Assembly: GCA_963743635.1 (NCBI GenBank)
Contig: CAVUQO010000002.1
Coordinates: 268,110 to 332,109 of the forward strand
Direction: 5' to 3'
Length of the DNA stretch: 64,000 nt
Origin: Candidatus Babeliales bacterium
GTDB taxonomy: Bacteria > Babelota > Babeliae > Babelales > Vermiphilaceae
In this document: positions 10,984 to 28,337 of the stretch, in pieces
Position numbering within the stretch: position 1 is the first letter of the stretch
Layout: every line of letters begins with the position of its first letter
Made by a program: the position numbers and the translations under genes
The notes under the pieces: model-generated
What the model saw: only the letters and a program-made list of their open reading frames with translations
What the model was told of the DNA's origin: nothing
Database searches by the model: none

Positions 10984-11415
10984 ATGGCAAACCACCAATT
11001 AATATATACACTTGATCAGCTTGATAATGCGGTTAAACTGGTCAAAGAGCGGATGAATTCATGTCAGGTTGTGACTTTTACGGGGAATTTGGGTGCGGGA
11101 AAAACGACTCTCATCCGAGCCCTCTTACGAGATTTAGGGGTTTCGCAACCCATTACAAGTCCAACCTTTACGTATATGAATCGGTATAAGACGGCGGATG
11201 GCAAGATTATCTACCATTTTGATTTATACCGTTTAAACAGCCTGGATGAGTTTATAGAGCAGGGATTTCATGAATACCTGTACCAACCTGAAAGTTGGTG
11301 CCTGGTTGAGTGGCCGGCGATTATTATGCCTCTTTTGACCCATGATGTATGCCATATAACCCTCGATTATGAGAACGACGCTCGCTGTATGCGCTGGAAA
11401 ATGAATAAGGAATAA
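10984..11415 (+). CDS. tsaE: tRNA threonylcarbamoyladenosine biosynthesis ATPase TsaE
   Basis: P-loop GNLGAGKTTLIRALL plus the SPTFTYMNRY, HFDLYRL and LVEWP motifs. Confidence 0.85.
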   Translation: MANHQLIYTLDQLDNAVKLVKERMNSCQVVTFTGNLGAGKTTLIRALLRDLGVSQPITSPTFTYMNRYKTADGKIIYHFDLYRLNSLDEFIEQGFHEYLYQPESWCLVEWPAIIMPLLTHDVCHITLDYENDARCMRWKMNKE

Positions 11416-11419
11416 CAAT

Positions 11420-11629
11420 ATGCAAGATGATGGAAGTCCGTTGCTCCAAAGGCCAGATTATTTGGTTTGCACCTGTATGGGGGTCATGTACTCGGATATC
11501 TGTGATGCCATAAAAGGTGGCGTACAGACATTTGATGAACTTTATGATACGTTAGGTGTGGGGACTGGGTGTTCAAGTTGTGTGAGCGAAGTGCATGAAA
11601 TATTGGCAGAACAACTTAAAAAAAAATAA
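11420..11629 (+). CDS. BFD-like [2Fe-2S]-binding domain protein
   Basis: 69 aa. VCTCMGV ... GVGTGCSSC supplies the two Cys pairs in the spacing typical of bacterioferritin-associated ferredoxin domains. Confidence 0.65.
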   Translation: MQDDGSPLLQRPDYLVCTCMGVMYSDICDAIKGGVQTFDELYDTLGVGTGCSSCVSEVHEILAEQLKKK

Positions 11630-11789
11630 TTTAAAAAACGCGATTATACACACTAGATCGACCTTTTGGTGTGTTTTGGGGTGAAAAAGAGGTGATAAAC
11701 TCTTATTTTTTTGTAAAATTAAGTTGAAATCTCCTGAGAAAAACACTATCATATTCACGGTAATCGTGATTATAACAATATTTGAAATA

Positions 11790-11874
11790 GGCGAGATTCC
11801 CGAGCGGTCAAAGGGGACGGACTGTAAATCCGTTGGTTCTGCCTTCGCAGGTTCGAATCCTGCTCTCGCCACCA
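11790..11874 (+). tRNA. tRNA-Tyr (anticodon GTA), CCA encoded
   Basis: Acceptor GGCGAGA/TCTCGCC, anticodon arm ACGGA-CTGTAAA-TCCGT, a long variable arm and a T-loop TTCGAATC. Confidence 0.9.
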
Positions 11875-11880
11875 TAGGTT

Positions 11881-11956
11881 GCGGGAATAGCTCAATTGGT
11901 AGAGTGGCAGCCTTCCAAGCTGTAGGTTGCGGGTTCGAGTCCCGTTTCCCGCTCCA
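11881..11956 (+). tRNA. tRNA-Gly (anticodon TCC), CCA encoded
   Basis: Acceptor GCGGGAA/TTCCCGC, anticodon loop CTTCCAA and T-arm GCGGG-TTCGAGT-CCCGT. Confidence 0.9.
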
Positions 11957-12088
11957 TTCATTTTTCAATCCTCGTTAGCTGAGAGCTTTCTTTGCAGCGG
12001 ATAAAAATGAATGGCTGGCCATTTTCGTCAAGGCTTACGAATGGTAAGTATGGGCGTAGATTGGTAGGAATCAAAAAAAATATACATT

Positions 12089-12164
12089 GCTGGCGTAGCT
12101 CAGTTGGTAGAGCAACTGATTTGTAATCAGTAGGTCGCGGGTTCAAATCCTGCCGCCAGCTCCA
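12089..12164 (+). tRNA. tRNA-Thr (anticodon TGT), CCA encoded
   Basis: Acceptor GCTGGCG/CGCCAGC, anticodon arm ACTGA-TTTGTAA-TCAGT and T-loop TTCAAAT. Confidence 0.9.
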
Positions 12165-12433
12165 GTCTTCGCTCCTCATGGAGCTTCGTCTGGAAAGCCA
12201 GGCATAGGAACTGGTTTTATTGAAATAGTAAAAGGGGCAGAGCGTAGACTGTCCGATCGAAGCAAAACGCTTCGTGGAGTAAATCTTCGGAGTAATAGCG
12301 AAGACGGACTCATCCAGTTATACAGGTATGTGTTAAATCCGGGGCTTTATTGTAGTTTCAAGCAGAAAATTAAGTTGTTTTTTTCCTTTTTTTTAATTAA
12401 TCTATAATAGATCACTGTAAGATACGTTGCAGT

Positions 12434-12509
12434 GCCCACGTAGCTCAGTTGGTAGAGCACTTCCTTGGTAAGGGAGAGGTCACCGGTTCAAGTCCGGTCG
12501 CGGGCTCCA
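12434..12509 (+). tRNA. tRNA-Thr (anticodon GGT), CCA encoded
   Basis: Acceptor GCCCACG/CGCGGGC with one A-C mismatch, anticodon arm CTTCC-TTGGTAA-GGGAG and T-arm ACCGG-TTCAAGT-CCGGT. Confidence 0.85.
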
Positions 12510-12570
12510 TTTTCGGTGTAATACGCGATCAAAAAAAACAAAACTACTTATACATTAACGAGTGAATTTT

Positions 12571-12731
12571 ATGGCAAAAAATCGAATTGTTAGTCACCTG
12601 ATGTGTGAAGAAACAAAAGAAAAAAATTATACCTTAGTTGTTTCTAAAGGAAGAACTCTAGGTTCATTCGACTTCGTAAATACTGCCCTAAATTGCGCAA
12701 GTATACGATGCACAAAGAAGTTAAAAACTAG
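12571..12731 (+). CDS. rpmG: 50S ribosomal protein L33 (one frame change near 12660-12670)
   Basis: MAKNRIVSHLMCEETKEKNYTLVVSKGRTLG..., then in a shifted frame ...FIRLRKYCPKLRKYTMHKEVKN*. The listed ORF 12562-12891 reads through into tRNA-Trp, which is an artefact. Confidence 0.75.
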
Positions 12732-12738
12732 AAAAAAA

Positions 12739-12815
12739 AGGCCAGTAGCTCTAATTGGTAGAGCGGCAGACTCCAAATCTGAGGGTTGGGGGTTCAAATC
12801 CCTCCTGGCCTGCCA
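12739..12815 (+). tRNA. tRNA-Trp (anticodon CCA), CCA end encoded
   Basis: Acceptor AGGCCAG/CTGGCCT, anticodon loop CTCCAAA and T-loop TTCAAAT. It sits in the classic position before secE-nusG. Confidence 0.9.
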
Positions 12816-12862
12816 GGCCAAGAGTGAACATTGTCTCATACCTATAACTAGTTGGAACATGA

Positions 12863-13060
12863 ATGAAAGATGTTATTCAGTTTTTGAATGAAGTGAGATT
12901 AGAACTCAATAAGGTCGTATGGCCTAAAATTGATGAGTGGGTTGGATCAACCATAATCGTATTGATACTTGTGGTTGTCTTTGCACTTTATTTGTGGGCG
13001 ATCGATACAGGATTCTCTCGACTGGTGGAATACGTTATCAAAACGTATGGTCTTTCATAA
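12863..13060 (+). CDS. secE: preprotein translocase subunit SecE
   Basis: 65 aa. LNEVRLELNKVVWP is followed by a single TM helix, and the gene lies directly upstream of nusG. Confidence 0.85.
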   Translation: MKDVIQFLNEVRLELNKVVWPKIDEWVGSTIIVLILVVVFALYLWAIDTGFSRLVEYVIKTYGLS

Positions 13061-13083
13061 GGTTCAAAGTAGGGTAATTTTAC

Positions 13084-13606
13084 ATGAAACGTTGGTATGT
13101 TGTTCAGGTGTATGCAGGTCATGAAGAGACGGTCAAGAATGATCTAGAGCGTCGTATTCATGAAGAAAATGCTCAAGAATTATTTGGGCAGGTGCTTGTG
13201 CCAACAGCTCGTATGCAGGGAATGGTGAATATTGGCCAAGAACAGCAAGATGAACAGCTCTTTCCTGGGTATGTCTTAGTGGAAATGGAGCTTGCTCCAC
13301 AGTCAATGCGTTTAGTACTCTCTAGTTCTCGAGCAGTTAAATTCTTGGGGGGCAAGGATCCTGCGCCGCTCAGTAAAAAAGAAGCGGATAGAGTTCTTGT
13401 CTCAGATACGTGGTGATGTAGTAGTGGCTTCGAAAAAGAGTGACTTTGTCGAAGGTAGAGAAATTGATATTGTTGACGGACCGTTTGCAGGATTTGTTGG
13501 TATCATTGAAAAGATAGATGAAGAAGATGAAAAACTTACCGTTATGGTTAGTATTTTCGGTAGGATGACTCCTGTCGAATTGAGTTTTAATCAGGTAAAG
13601 CGATAA
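13084..13606 (+). CDS. nusG: transcription termination/antitermination factor NusG (one frame change near 13395-13410)
   Basis: NGN domain MKRWYVVQVYAGHEETVKNDLE...FPGYVLVEM (ORF 13084-13416). KOW domain DIVDGPFAGFVGIIEKID...VSIFGRMTPVELSFNQVK (ORF 13397-13606). Confidence 0.9.
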
Positions 13607-13627
13607 TTGTAAAGTAGGTAAGATATT

Positions 13628-14050
13628 ATGGCAAAAGCAGTAAAGGCAAACATTAAGCTGCAAATTCCAGGTGGTTCTGCAACTCCAGCTCCCCCAGTGG
13701 CTTCAACACTCGGGCCGCATGGCGTGAACATGATGGAATTTTGTAAGCAATTTAATGCGCAAACAGCAACTCGAAAGGGCGAAACAGTTCCGGTAATTAT
13801 TACTATATACACTGATCGTACCTTCTCATTCATTCTCAAAACACCACCTACAACTGAGCTCATCAAGAAAAGAGCTAATATTTCAAAAGGCTCAGCAAGA
13901 CCGAATACTGATAAAGTTGGTACCATCTCATGGGCGGATGTTGAAGAAATTGTGAAAATTAAGTTTTCTGATTTGAATGCATTCGACATGGAGCAAGCTA
14001 AAAAAATTATAGCTGGTAGTGCTCGTAGCATGGGTATAAAGGTCGAATAG
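13628..14050 (+). CDS. rplK: 50S ribosomal protein L11
   Basis: MAKAVKANIKLQIPGGSATPAPPVASTLGPHGVNMMEFCKQFNA. The ORF is intact and syntenic with nusG/rplA. Confidence 0.95.
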   Translation: MAKAVKANIKLQIPGGSATPAPPVASTLGPHGVNMMEFCKQFNAQTATRKGETVPVIITIYTDRTFSFILKTPPTTELIKKRANISKGSARPNTDKVGTISWADVEEIVKIKFSDLNAFDMEQAKKIIAGSARSMGIKVE

Positions 14051-14060
14051 GGGCAATATC

Positions 14061-14759
14061 ATGGCAAAACATGGAAAAAAATATCAGAATGCGGTAACAG
14101 GTGTTAAGCCGGGCGTTACTATGCCAGTAAAAGAGGCATTAGCTAAGCTTAAAGAACTTGCGTATGCAAAATTTGATGAATCAATCGATGTCAGTGTAGG
14201 TTTGGGTATTGATCCAACGAAGGGCGAGCAAGCCGTTCGTGGATCTACATTATTACCTCATGGTAAGGGCAAAAAAGTTCGCGTTATCGTCTTTGCAAAA
14301 GGCGAACATGCCGATGCAGCTCTCGCTGCAGGAGCAGATGCAGTTGGCGCGGAGGATCTTGTTGAAAAGATTGAAAATGGATGGATGGAATTTGATGTTG
14401 CAGTAGCAACACCAGATTTGATGGGACTTGTTGGTAAGCTTGCTAAATTGCTTGGACCGCGTGGACTATTGCCTAACAAAAAAGTTGGCACAGTTACGTT
14501 TGATGTAGCTCCAGTAGTTAGTGATCTTAAAAAGGGTCGTGCATTCTTTAAAAATGATAAGAGCGGCTTCGTTAACTTCTCATTTGGAAAAAAATCCTTT
14601 GATGTTGAGAAATTGCATGACAATCTTGTTGCATTTGCTAAAGCGCTTGCGTCATCAAAACCAGCATCGTCTAAGGGTAAGTTTTTAAGAAAAATGACGA
14701 TTTCTTCAACTATGGGTGTTGGTATAGCTATCAGCCCAGATGAAGTCTTACAGTCTTGA
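14061..14759 (+). CDS. rplA: 50S ribosomal protein L1
   Basis: 232 aa. KFDESIDVSVGLGIDP...VRGSTLLPHGKGK, syntenic with its neighbours. Confidence 0.95.
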   Translation: MAKHGKKYQNAVTGVKPGVTMPVKEALAKLKELAYAKFDESIDVSVGLGIDPTKGEQAVRGSTLLPHGKGKKVRVIVFAKGEHADAALAAGADAVGAEDLVEKIENGWMEFDVAVATPDLMGLVGKLAKLLGPRGLLPNKKVGTVTFDVAPVVSDLKKGRAFFKNDKSGFVNFSFGKKSFDVEKLHDNLVAFAKALASSKPASSKGKFLRKMTISSTMGVGIAISPDEVLQS

Positions 14760-14780
14760 TTGGTATAAAGGGCATATACG

Positions 14781-15302
14781 ATGAATCGACAGCAAAAAGA
14801 GTCAGTTGTATCGCAATTGCGAAAGGAATTTTCGCATAGTGAGGCTGCATTTTTAGTTGGGTATCGTGGTTTAACGGTACATCAATTAGAACGGCTTCGT
14901 GGCGATCTCCGCCAAAAAGGCGGTACATTTAAAATTACTAAAGCACGCTTGATGAAATTGGCTGTTGAGGGTTTGGATGGACAACAGGATTTAACGCCCT
15001 TTTTCAAAAATCAAGTTGGTTTAGTATTTTCCACACAAGAAACCCCCGCTATTGCAAAGGTTTTAAATGATTTTGCAAAAGAACATCAAGCTTTAGAGCT
15101 CGTTGTTGGGTGTCTTGATAAAAAAGTACTTCAAAAAAATGACGTAATTCGCATTGCTTCTCTTCCGTCTCGCGAAGTGTTGCTTGCGCAAGTTGCAGGT
15201 ACATTAAATGCACCGATCAGTGGCTTGGCGTCAGTCTTGAATATTCTTATCGTTCGTCTCTTGTGGACATTAAAGCAAGTGGAAGAACAAAAGAATCAAT
15301 AG
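14781..15302 (+). CDS. rplJ: 50S ribosomal protein L10
   Basis: 173 aa. AFLVGYRGLTVHQLERLR, positioned between rplA and rplL. Confidence 0.9.
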   Translation: MNRQQKESVVSQLRKEFSHSEAAFLVGYRGLTVHQLERLRGDLRQKGGTFKITKARLMKLAVEGLDGQQDLTPFFKNQVGLVFSTQETPAIAKVLNDFAKEHQALELVVGCLDKKVLQKNDVIRIASLPSREVLLAQVAGTLNAPISGLASVLNILIVRLLWTLKQVEEQKNQ

Positions 15303-15369
15303 AATTTGAGAATTGTTTAATTAAATACGAATATTATTGGTGTATTTCCTTAACTTAATGGAGAATGCA

Positions 15370-15750
15370 ATGGCATCCAAATTACACGAAGAAATGATTA
15401 GAAGAAATTGGTAACATGTCTGTTCTAGAATTGCAGATTTAGTAAAAGCACTAGAAGAAAATTCGGTGTTTCAGCAGCTATGCCTACAGCGCAGCAGCGC
15501 CTGCAGCAGCAGCACCAGTGGCAGCAGCAGCAGAAGAAAAATCTGAATACAAAGTTACCTTAAAGAAGTCTGGCGCGAAAAGATCAAAGTGATCAAAGCG
15601 GTCCGTAAAGCAGTTCCTGAATTAACTCTGCAGAAGCAAAGAAAAAGTTGAAGGCGCACCAAGTGTTCTTGTTGAATCTGCGTCAAAAGATGATGCTAAA
15701 AAGATCAAAAAGAACTTGAAGAAGCTGGAGCTAAAGTAGAGCTTTCATAA
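15370..15750 (+). CDS. rplL: 50S ribosomal protein L7/L12 (reading frame broken at least five times in this sequence)
   Basis: Hand translation recovers MASKLHEEMI..., SVLEL(A)DLVKALEEKFGVSAA, KVIKAVR...(A)EAKKKVEGAP and AKKIKEELEEAGAKVELS*. This works only by switching frame repeatedly. Missing bases sit in short homopolymers, for example GAAGAAAATTCGG at ~15454. Confidence 0.8.
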
Positions 15751-15853
15751 TTTTTAGCCTGCGTATTAAATACGCTCCAATAGATATAATATTTGCGCGA
15801 TACGTAAATAGTCATGTGAGAAATAGTTTTTTCGAATAACGAGGAGCGACTTA

Positions 15854-20180
<4,327 letters not shown>

Positions 20181-20200
20181 GAGCGGCAAGGAGAAAGCCA

Positions 20201-24415
<4,215 letters not shown>

Positions 24416-24561
24416 TCCGCCTACATTGCCGGAAGGCTCGGCCTGTCAGGCGTAGCTCCAAAAGGAGCGAAGACTGGACAAGCGTAGACGGACATACACA
24501 AAAATATTATTTGTGGTATTATTAGATAAAGACTATAAAAAATACATAACTAGAGGTTAGA

Positions 24562-24834
24562 ATGACCCGAACAAAAGAAGAAAGATTAGAGATCATAAAA
24601 CCGTTTCAGTTGAATCCCCAAGATACAGGTTCAGTTGAGGTACAAGTTGCCTTGTTGACCGACCGTATTCTTGCGTTGACGGAGCATTTTAAGGTTCATA
24701 AAAAGGATTTTTCTCTTAAGAGTGGCCTTTTGAAGCTTGTATCGCGTCGTCGTACCCTATTGGGATACTTGGAACGAAAAAATGCTCAAAAGTGTCAGGC
24801 TGTTATGAGCGCTTTAAATCTTCATAAAAAATAA
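24562..24834 (+). CDS. rpsO: 30S ribosomal protein S15
   Basis: 90 aa. DTGSVEVQVALLTDRILALTEHFKVHKKD...SRRRTLLGYL, directly upstream of pnp. Confidence 0.95.
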   Translation: MTRTKEERLEIIKPFQLNPQDTGSVEVQVALLTDRILALTEHFKVHKKDFSLKSGLLKLVSRRRTLLGYLERKNAQKCQAVMSALNLHKK

Positions 24835-24910
24835 CAAATAACGGAAGATCCATGAGGGTCGTCTCGATACGAATAAATAAGAATAATAATATTACAATAG
24901 GTTTGTTGGA

Positions 24911-26995
24911 ATGGTAAAAACGTTTCGTTTAGAAGAATTAAATTATGAAGTAGAGATTGGGAAATACGCCTGTCAGGCTGATGGCGCAGTATGGTTAAGA
25001 CAAGGGGGCACCGTTGTACTAGCGACTGTCGTTTCGGCAAAATCACAGGAATTCCCTGGATTTTTACCATTAACCGTTGATTATCGAGAAATGTTTGCAG
25101 CTGCGGGTAAAATTCCGGGTGGTTACTACAAGCGTGAAGGTCGATCTACCGACAAAGAAATTTTGACAGGTCGTCTTATTGATCGCACATTGCGGCCACT
25201 ATTTCCATCAAACTACTTCAATCAACTACAAGTTCTTGCAACAGTTTATTCTGTTGATAAGGAACATATGCCAGGAACTCTTGCACTAGTCGCAAGTTCA
25301 CTGGCTCTTTCTATTTCAAAGATCCCCTTTCTCGGGCCAGTAGGCGTTGTAGAAGTTGGACGTGTAGATGGCAAATGGATTGTAAATCCTACTTTTTCAC
25401 AAAGCCAAAAATCTGATGTTCGCATTGTAGTGAGTGGTACCGAAGAAGGTATCGTCATGGTTGAAGGTTCATCAAATGAAATTTCTGAAGCTGAAATGGT
25501 CGATGTACTATTCTTAGCGCATGATTCAATTAAGAAGCAGGTTGCTTGGCAAGAACAAATTCGTAAAGAAGTTGGCATTGCTAAAGAAGAAGTTGACCAA
25601 GCGCTCAATTGGGATTTGTGGAACGGAAAAGCTCATGCATTCCTTACTAAGGACGTCTTGAGCCGTTTGAATGTTGCCGATAAAGTTGAACGCAGCAAAA
25701 ACTTAAAAGAAATAAAAGAAACGTTCATTATGCATTTAGCAGCAGAGGTTGCTGAAGGTGTAGTGACGGAAAAAATTCTCGATTACGCTTTTGAACAAGC
25801 ATTAAATCGCAATGTTACTGATTTTGTGATTGCTCAAAGCAAGCGTATGGATAACCGTGCATTTGATAAAATTCGTGCAATTTCGTGTGAAGTTGGGTTG
25901 TTACCATACAATCACGGTTCAGCGTTATTTACACGAGGAAGTACTCAAGCGCTGGTGAGTGTGACTCTTGGAAGTGGACAAGATGAACAACGCGTAGAAA
26001 GTCTTATGGAAGACGACACAGTGGGTCGCACTTTCATGTTGCATTACAACTTCCCTCCATTCTCAGTGGGTGAAGTAAGACCGATGCGTGGTCCAGGACG
26101 TCGAGAAGTTGGGCACGGGTATTTGGCAGCGTCAGCGCTTAAATACATGCTTCCAACCAAAGAAGAGTTCTCTTACACGATTCGTGTTGTTGCGGACATG
26201 CTTGAATCTGACGGTTCAACGTCTATGGCAACCACGTGTGGGACAACACTCGCTTTGATGCAAGCAGGTGTTCCAATTAAAAAAATGGTAAGCGGTATTG
26301 CTATGGGATTACTCCGTAATACTCAAGGTGATTTCCGTGTACTTTCAGATATCTCCGGTTTTGAAGATGCCTTTGGTCTTATGGACTTTAAAGTGACCGG
26401 TACGGATGACGGTATTACCGCGATCCAAATGGATATTAAATATAAGGGAGGCTTGCCCCGTGAAATTTTCGAATCCGCTCTTGCTCAAGCTCGGCAAGGA
26501 CGACTACATATATTAGGCGAAATGCGTAAAGTAATGGATAAACCAAACACAAAATTGTCAGATCTAGTTCCTCAATTAGAAACCTTCAAAATTTCACCAG
26601 ATAAAATTGGTGCAGTTATTGGTACAGGTGGCAAAACTATTCGTGAAATCATTGAAAAAACTGGTGTTGCGAGTATCGATATCGAAGAAGATGGCTTAGT
26701 TAAAATTTTTGGAACTCCGGATTCAAAAATTGATATGGCGATCAATTGGGTAAAAACAATTGCTGGTCAAATCGAATCAGGCGCACGTTACGAAGGCGTT
26801 ATCAAACGCATCGTTGATTTCGGTATCTTCGTTGAGCTAGTTCCTGGTCAAACAGGCTTGGTTCACGTTTCAAACATACCAAAAGAAAAACAACGTACTT
26901 TTGCTCGTGATTACAAAGTTAATGACGCTGCAACGGTTGAAGTTCTTGACTATGATTCAGCAACTGGTCGTATCAGACTTCGTATTATTGAATAA
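24911..26995 (+). CDS. pnp: polyribonucleotide nucleotidyltransferase (PNPase)
   Basis: Intact 694-aa ORF. It has two RNase PH-like domains, KH (GKTIREIIEKTG) and S1 (GVIKRIVDFGIFVELVPGQTGLVHVS). Confidence 0.95.
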   Translation: MVKTFRLEELNYEVEIGKYACQADGAVWLRQGGTVVLATVVSAKSQEFPGFLPLTVDYREMFAAAGKIPGGYYKREGRSTDKEILTGRLIDRTLRPLFPSNYFNQLQVLATVYSVDKEHMPGTLALVASSLALSISKIPFLGPVGVVEVGRVDGKWIVNPTFSQSQKSDVRIVVSGTEEGIVMVEGSSNEISEAEMVDVLFLAHDSIKKQVAWQEQIRKEVGIAKEEVDQALNWDLWNGKAHAFLTKDVLSRLNVADKVERSKNLKEIKETFIMHLAAEVAEGVVTEKILDYAFEQALNRNVTDFVIAQSKRMDNRAFDKIRAISCEVGLLPYNHGSALFTRGSTQALVSVTLGSGQDEQRVESLMEDDTVGRTFMLHYNFPPFSVGEVRPMRGPGRREVGHGYLAASALKYMLPTKEEFSYTIRVVADMLESDGSTSMATTCGTTLALMQAGVPIKKMVSGIAMGLLRNTQGDFRVLSDISGFEDAFGLMDFKVTGTDDGITAIQMDIKYKGGLPREIFESALAQARQGRLHILGEMRKVMDKPNTKLSDLVPQLETFKISPDKIGAVIGTGGKTIREIIEKTGVASIDIEEDGLVKIFGTPDSKIDMAINWVKTIAGQIESGARYEGVIKRIVDFGIFVELVPGQTGLVHVSNIPKEKQRTFARDYKVNDAATVEVLDYDSATGRIRLRIIE

Positions 26996-27019
26996 CCTTT
27001 TCAAGGGTTTAAAGCAGTA

Positions 27020-27850
27020 ATGCAGAAAACAATTCGTAGAATTGGTGGGCGTGCGTATAATCAGCTACGCCCACTTTCCATTTCATATGATGTATATGGC
27101 TATGCACTCGCCTCGGTACTCCTAGAAGTAGGCAACACCAAAGTCTTGTGCTCTATACATATACAACACAATGTGCCTCCCTTCTTACGTGGTAAGAAAC
27201 AAGGATGGCTCACCGCGGAATACAGCATGTTGCCGAGCGCAACACAAGTGCGCACCGTACGCGAATCTTCGAGTACGAATCGTAACGGCCGTTCGGTGGA
27301 AATTTCGCGTCTTATCGGCCGATCATTACGATCGGTTCTCGATCTCACCAAACTCGGTGAACAAACCATAGTAGTTGATTGTGATGTGTTACAAGCAGAT
27401 GGCGGTACACGTACTGCGTGTCTGACTGGCGCATTTTTAGCAGTTGAACTTGCGATCAAACGCTTGCATTACCTGAGTGAAGAAGATCGCGCTGCGATCA
27501 TAAAAGATCGTCTTGTGGCACTTTCAGCTGGCGTATGCGGCGATCAAGTGTTACTCGATATTGATTGCGCAGAAGATAGTAGCATTGATGCTGATTTTAA
27601 TTTTGTGCTGACCGAGTCAGATAAAATTGTTGAAGTTCAAGGTACTGCCGAACATCACGCTATTGACTGGGCGCTCTTCCAGCAACTGTGCGATATTGCA
27701 CGCCAAGGTGCTCAGGATCTTGCCGATCAACTCAAGAAATTCCCTGCGCCAGAAGTAAAACAAACTCATGGCTCATCGTCAGAAAAACGCCCCGCATTCT
27801 TTAGCTTGCAGAACCGCTCCTCGGCACGTCAAAGCACCACATCTGAATAA
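27020..27850 (+). CDS. rph: ribonuclease PH with a ~35-aa C-terminal extension
   Basis: GGRAYNQLRPLSI..., LLEVGNTKVLC and VLQADGGTRTACLTGA. 276 aa, against roughly 240 for typical RNase PH. Confidence 0.9.
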   Translation: MQKTIRRIGGRAYNQLRPLSISYDVYGYALASVLLEVGNTKVLCSIHIQHNVPPFLRGKKQGWLTAEYSMLPSATQVRTVRESSSTNRNGRSVEISRLIGRSLRSVLDLTKLGEQTIVVDCDVLQADGGTRTACLTGAFLAVELAIKRLHYLSEEDRAAIIKDRLVALSAGVCGDQVLLDIDCAEDSSIDADFNFVLTESDKIVEVQGTAEHHAIDWALFQQLCDIARQGAQDLADQLKKFPAPEVKQTHGSSSEKRPAFFSLQNRSSARQSTTSE

Positions 27851-27988
27851 ACCGCACTCCTCCTTCGATACATTTTCATCTCGTCTCTTTCGTTACACTC
27901 AGGATGATCGGGATCCCGTTCCTGGTGAACTATCCACTACTCACATTTTGAATTGTCACTTCTTGATTTTACTTTAAAGCTATTGATC

Positions 27989-28177
27989 CCCTTATATCCC
28001 GCGTTACGCCCTTGCGGGCTACTAGGGACGAACGGGGATGGGAATCTTCAGTTAGATTAAGCATTATTAAAGAAAAAAACATAAATAAATTCATATGAAA
28101 AAACCTAAATTTTGAAACAAATATCCACTCCCGTTCGTCCCTAGTAGCCCGCAAGGGCGTAACGCGGGATATAAGGG
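27989..28177. repeat. MITE/REP-like element: perfect 48-bp inverted repeats separated by a 93-nt AT-rich spacer
   Basis: The left arm 27989-28036 (CCCTTATATCCCGCGTTACGCCCTTGCGGGCTACTAGGGACGAACGGG) is the exact reverse complement of 28130-28177. It shares the CCGTTCGTCCC core with the repeats at 51666-51890 and 62156-62311. Confidence 0.85.
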
Positions 28178-28337
28178 ATAAATTTAATAAGCCTGGCTAT
28201 AAAAAGTCGTTCCTTGAATCCTCTTCATTTCAATGTATACTGGAAAGTAAACAATTAGTTTATTGTTATAACAACAATTCCCCCGTTCATCATGAGTGTT
28301 CTGAGGGTGAATGTAATGAGCCCAAAGAACGTATCGA

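Noticed and set aside
11573-12179. ORFs 11573-11968, 11724-11978, 11770-11961 and 11958-12179
   Set aside because: They read straight through tRNA-Tyr, tRNA-Gly and tRNA-Thr genes on either strand. They are tRNA sequence, not protein-coding.
12165-12433. Absence of tuf (EF-Tu) between the tRNA cluster and secE-nusG
   Set aside because: Many bacteria have tRNA-Thr-tuf-tRNA-Trp-secE here, but rpmG-secE-nusG arrangements without tuf are also common. The 270-nt spacer is repeat-family DNA with no EF-Tu remnant that I can read. It is not anomalous on its own.
12562-12891. 109-aa ORF spanning rpmG and tRNA-Trp, and the antisense ORF 12627-12860
   Set aside because: This is a read-through caused by a frame error in rpmG. 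The C-terminal half is tRNA-Trp sequence.
25246-25608. Long antisense ORFs inside pnp, murA, glmM, rph, the beta-propeller gene and others
   Set aside because: All overlap much longer, family-assignable genes on the opposite strand. None has an independent signal.
27969-28154. Possible CRISPR-like or coding interpretation of the 27989-28177 repeats
   Set aside because: There are only two copies and they are inverted, not direct. There is no spacer array and no cas genes. The 61-aa ORF merely reads through the palindrome arms. I treat it as a REP/MITE-like element.
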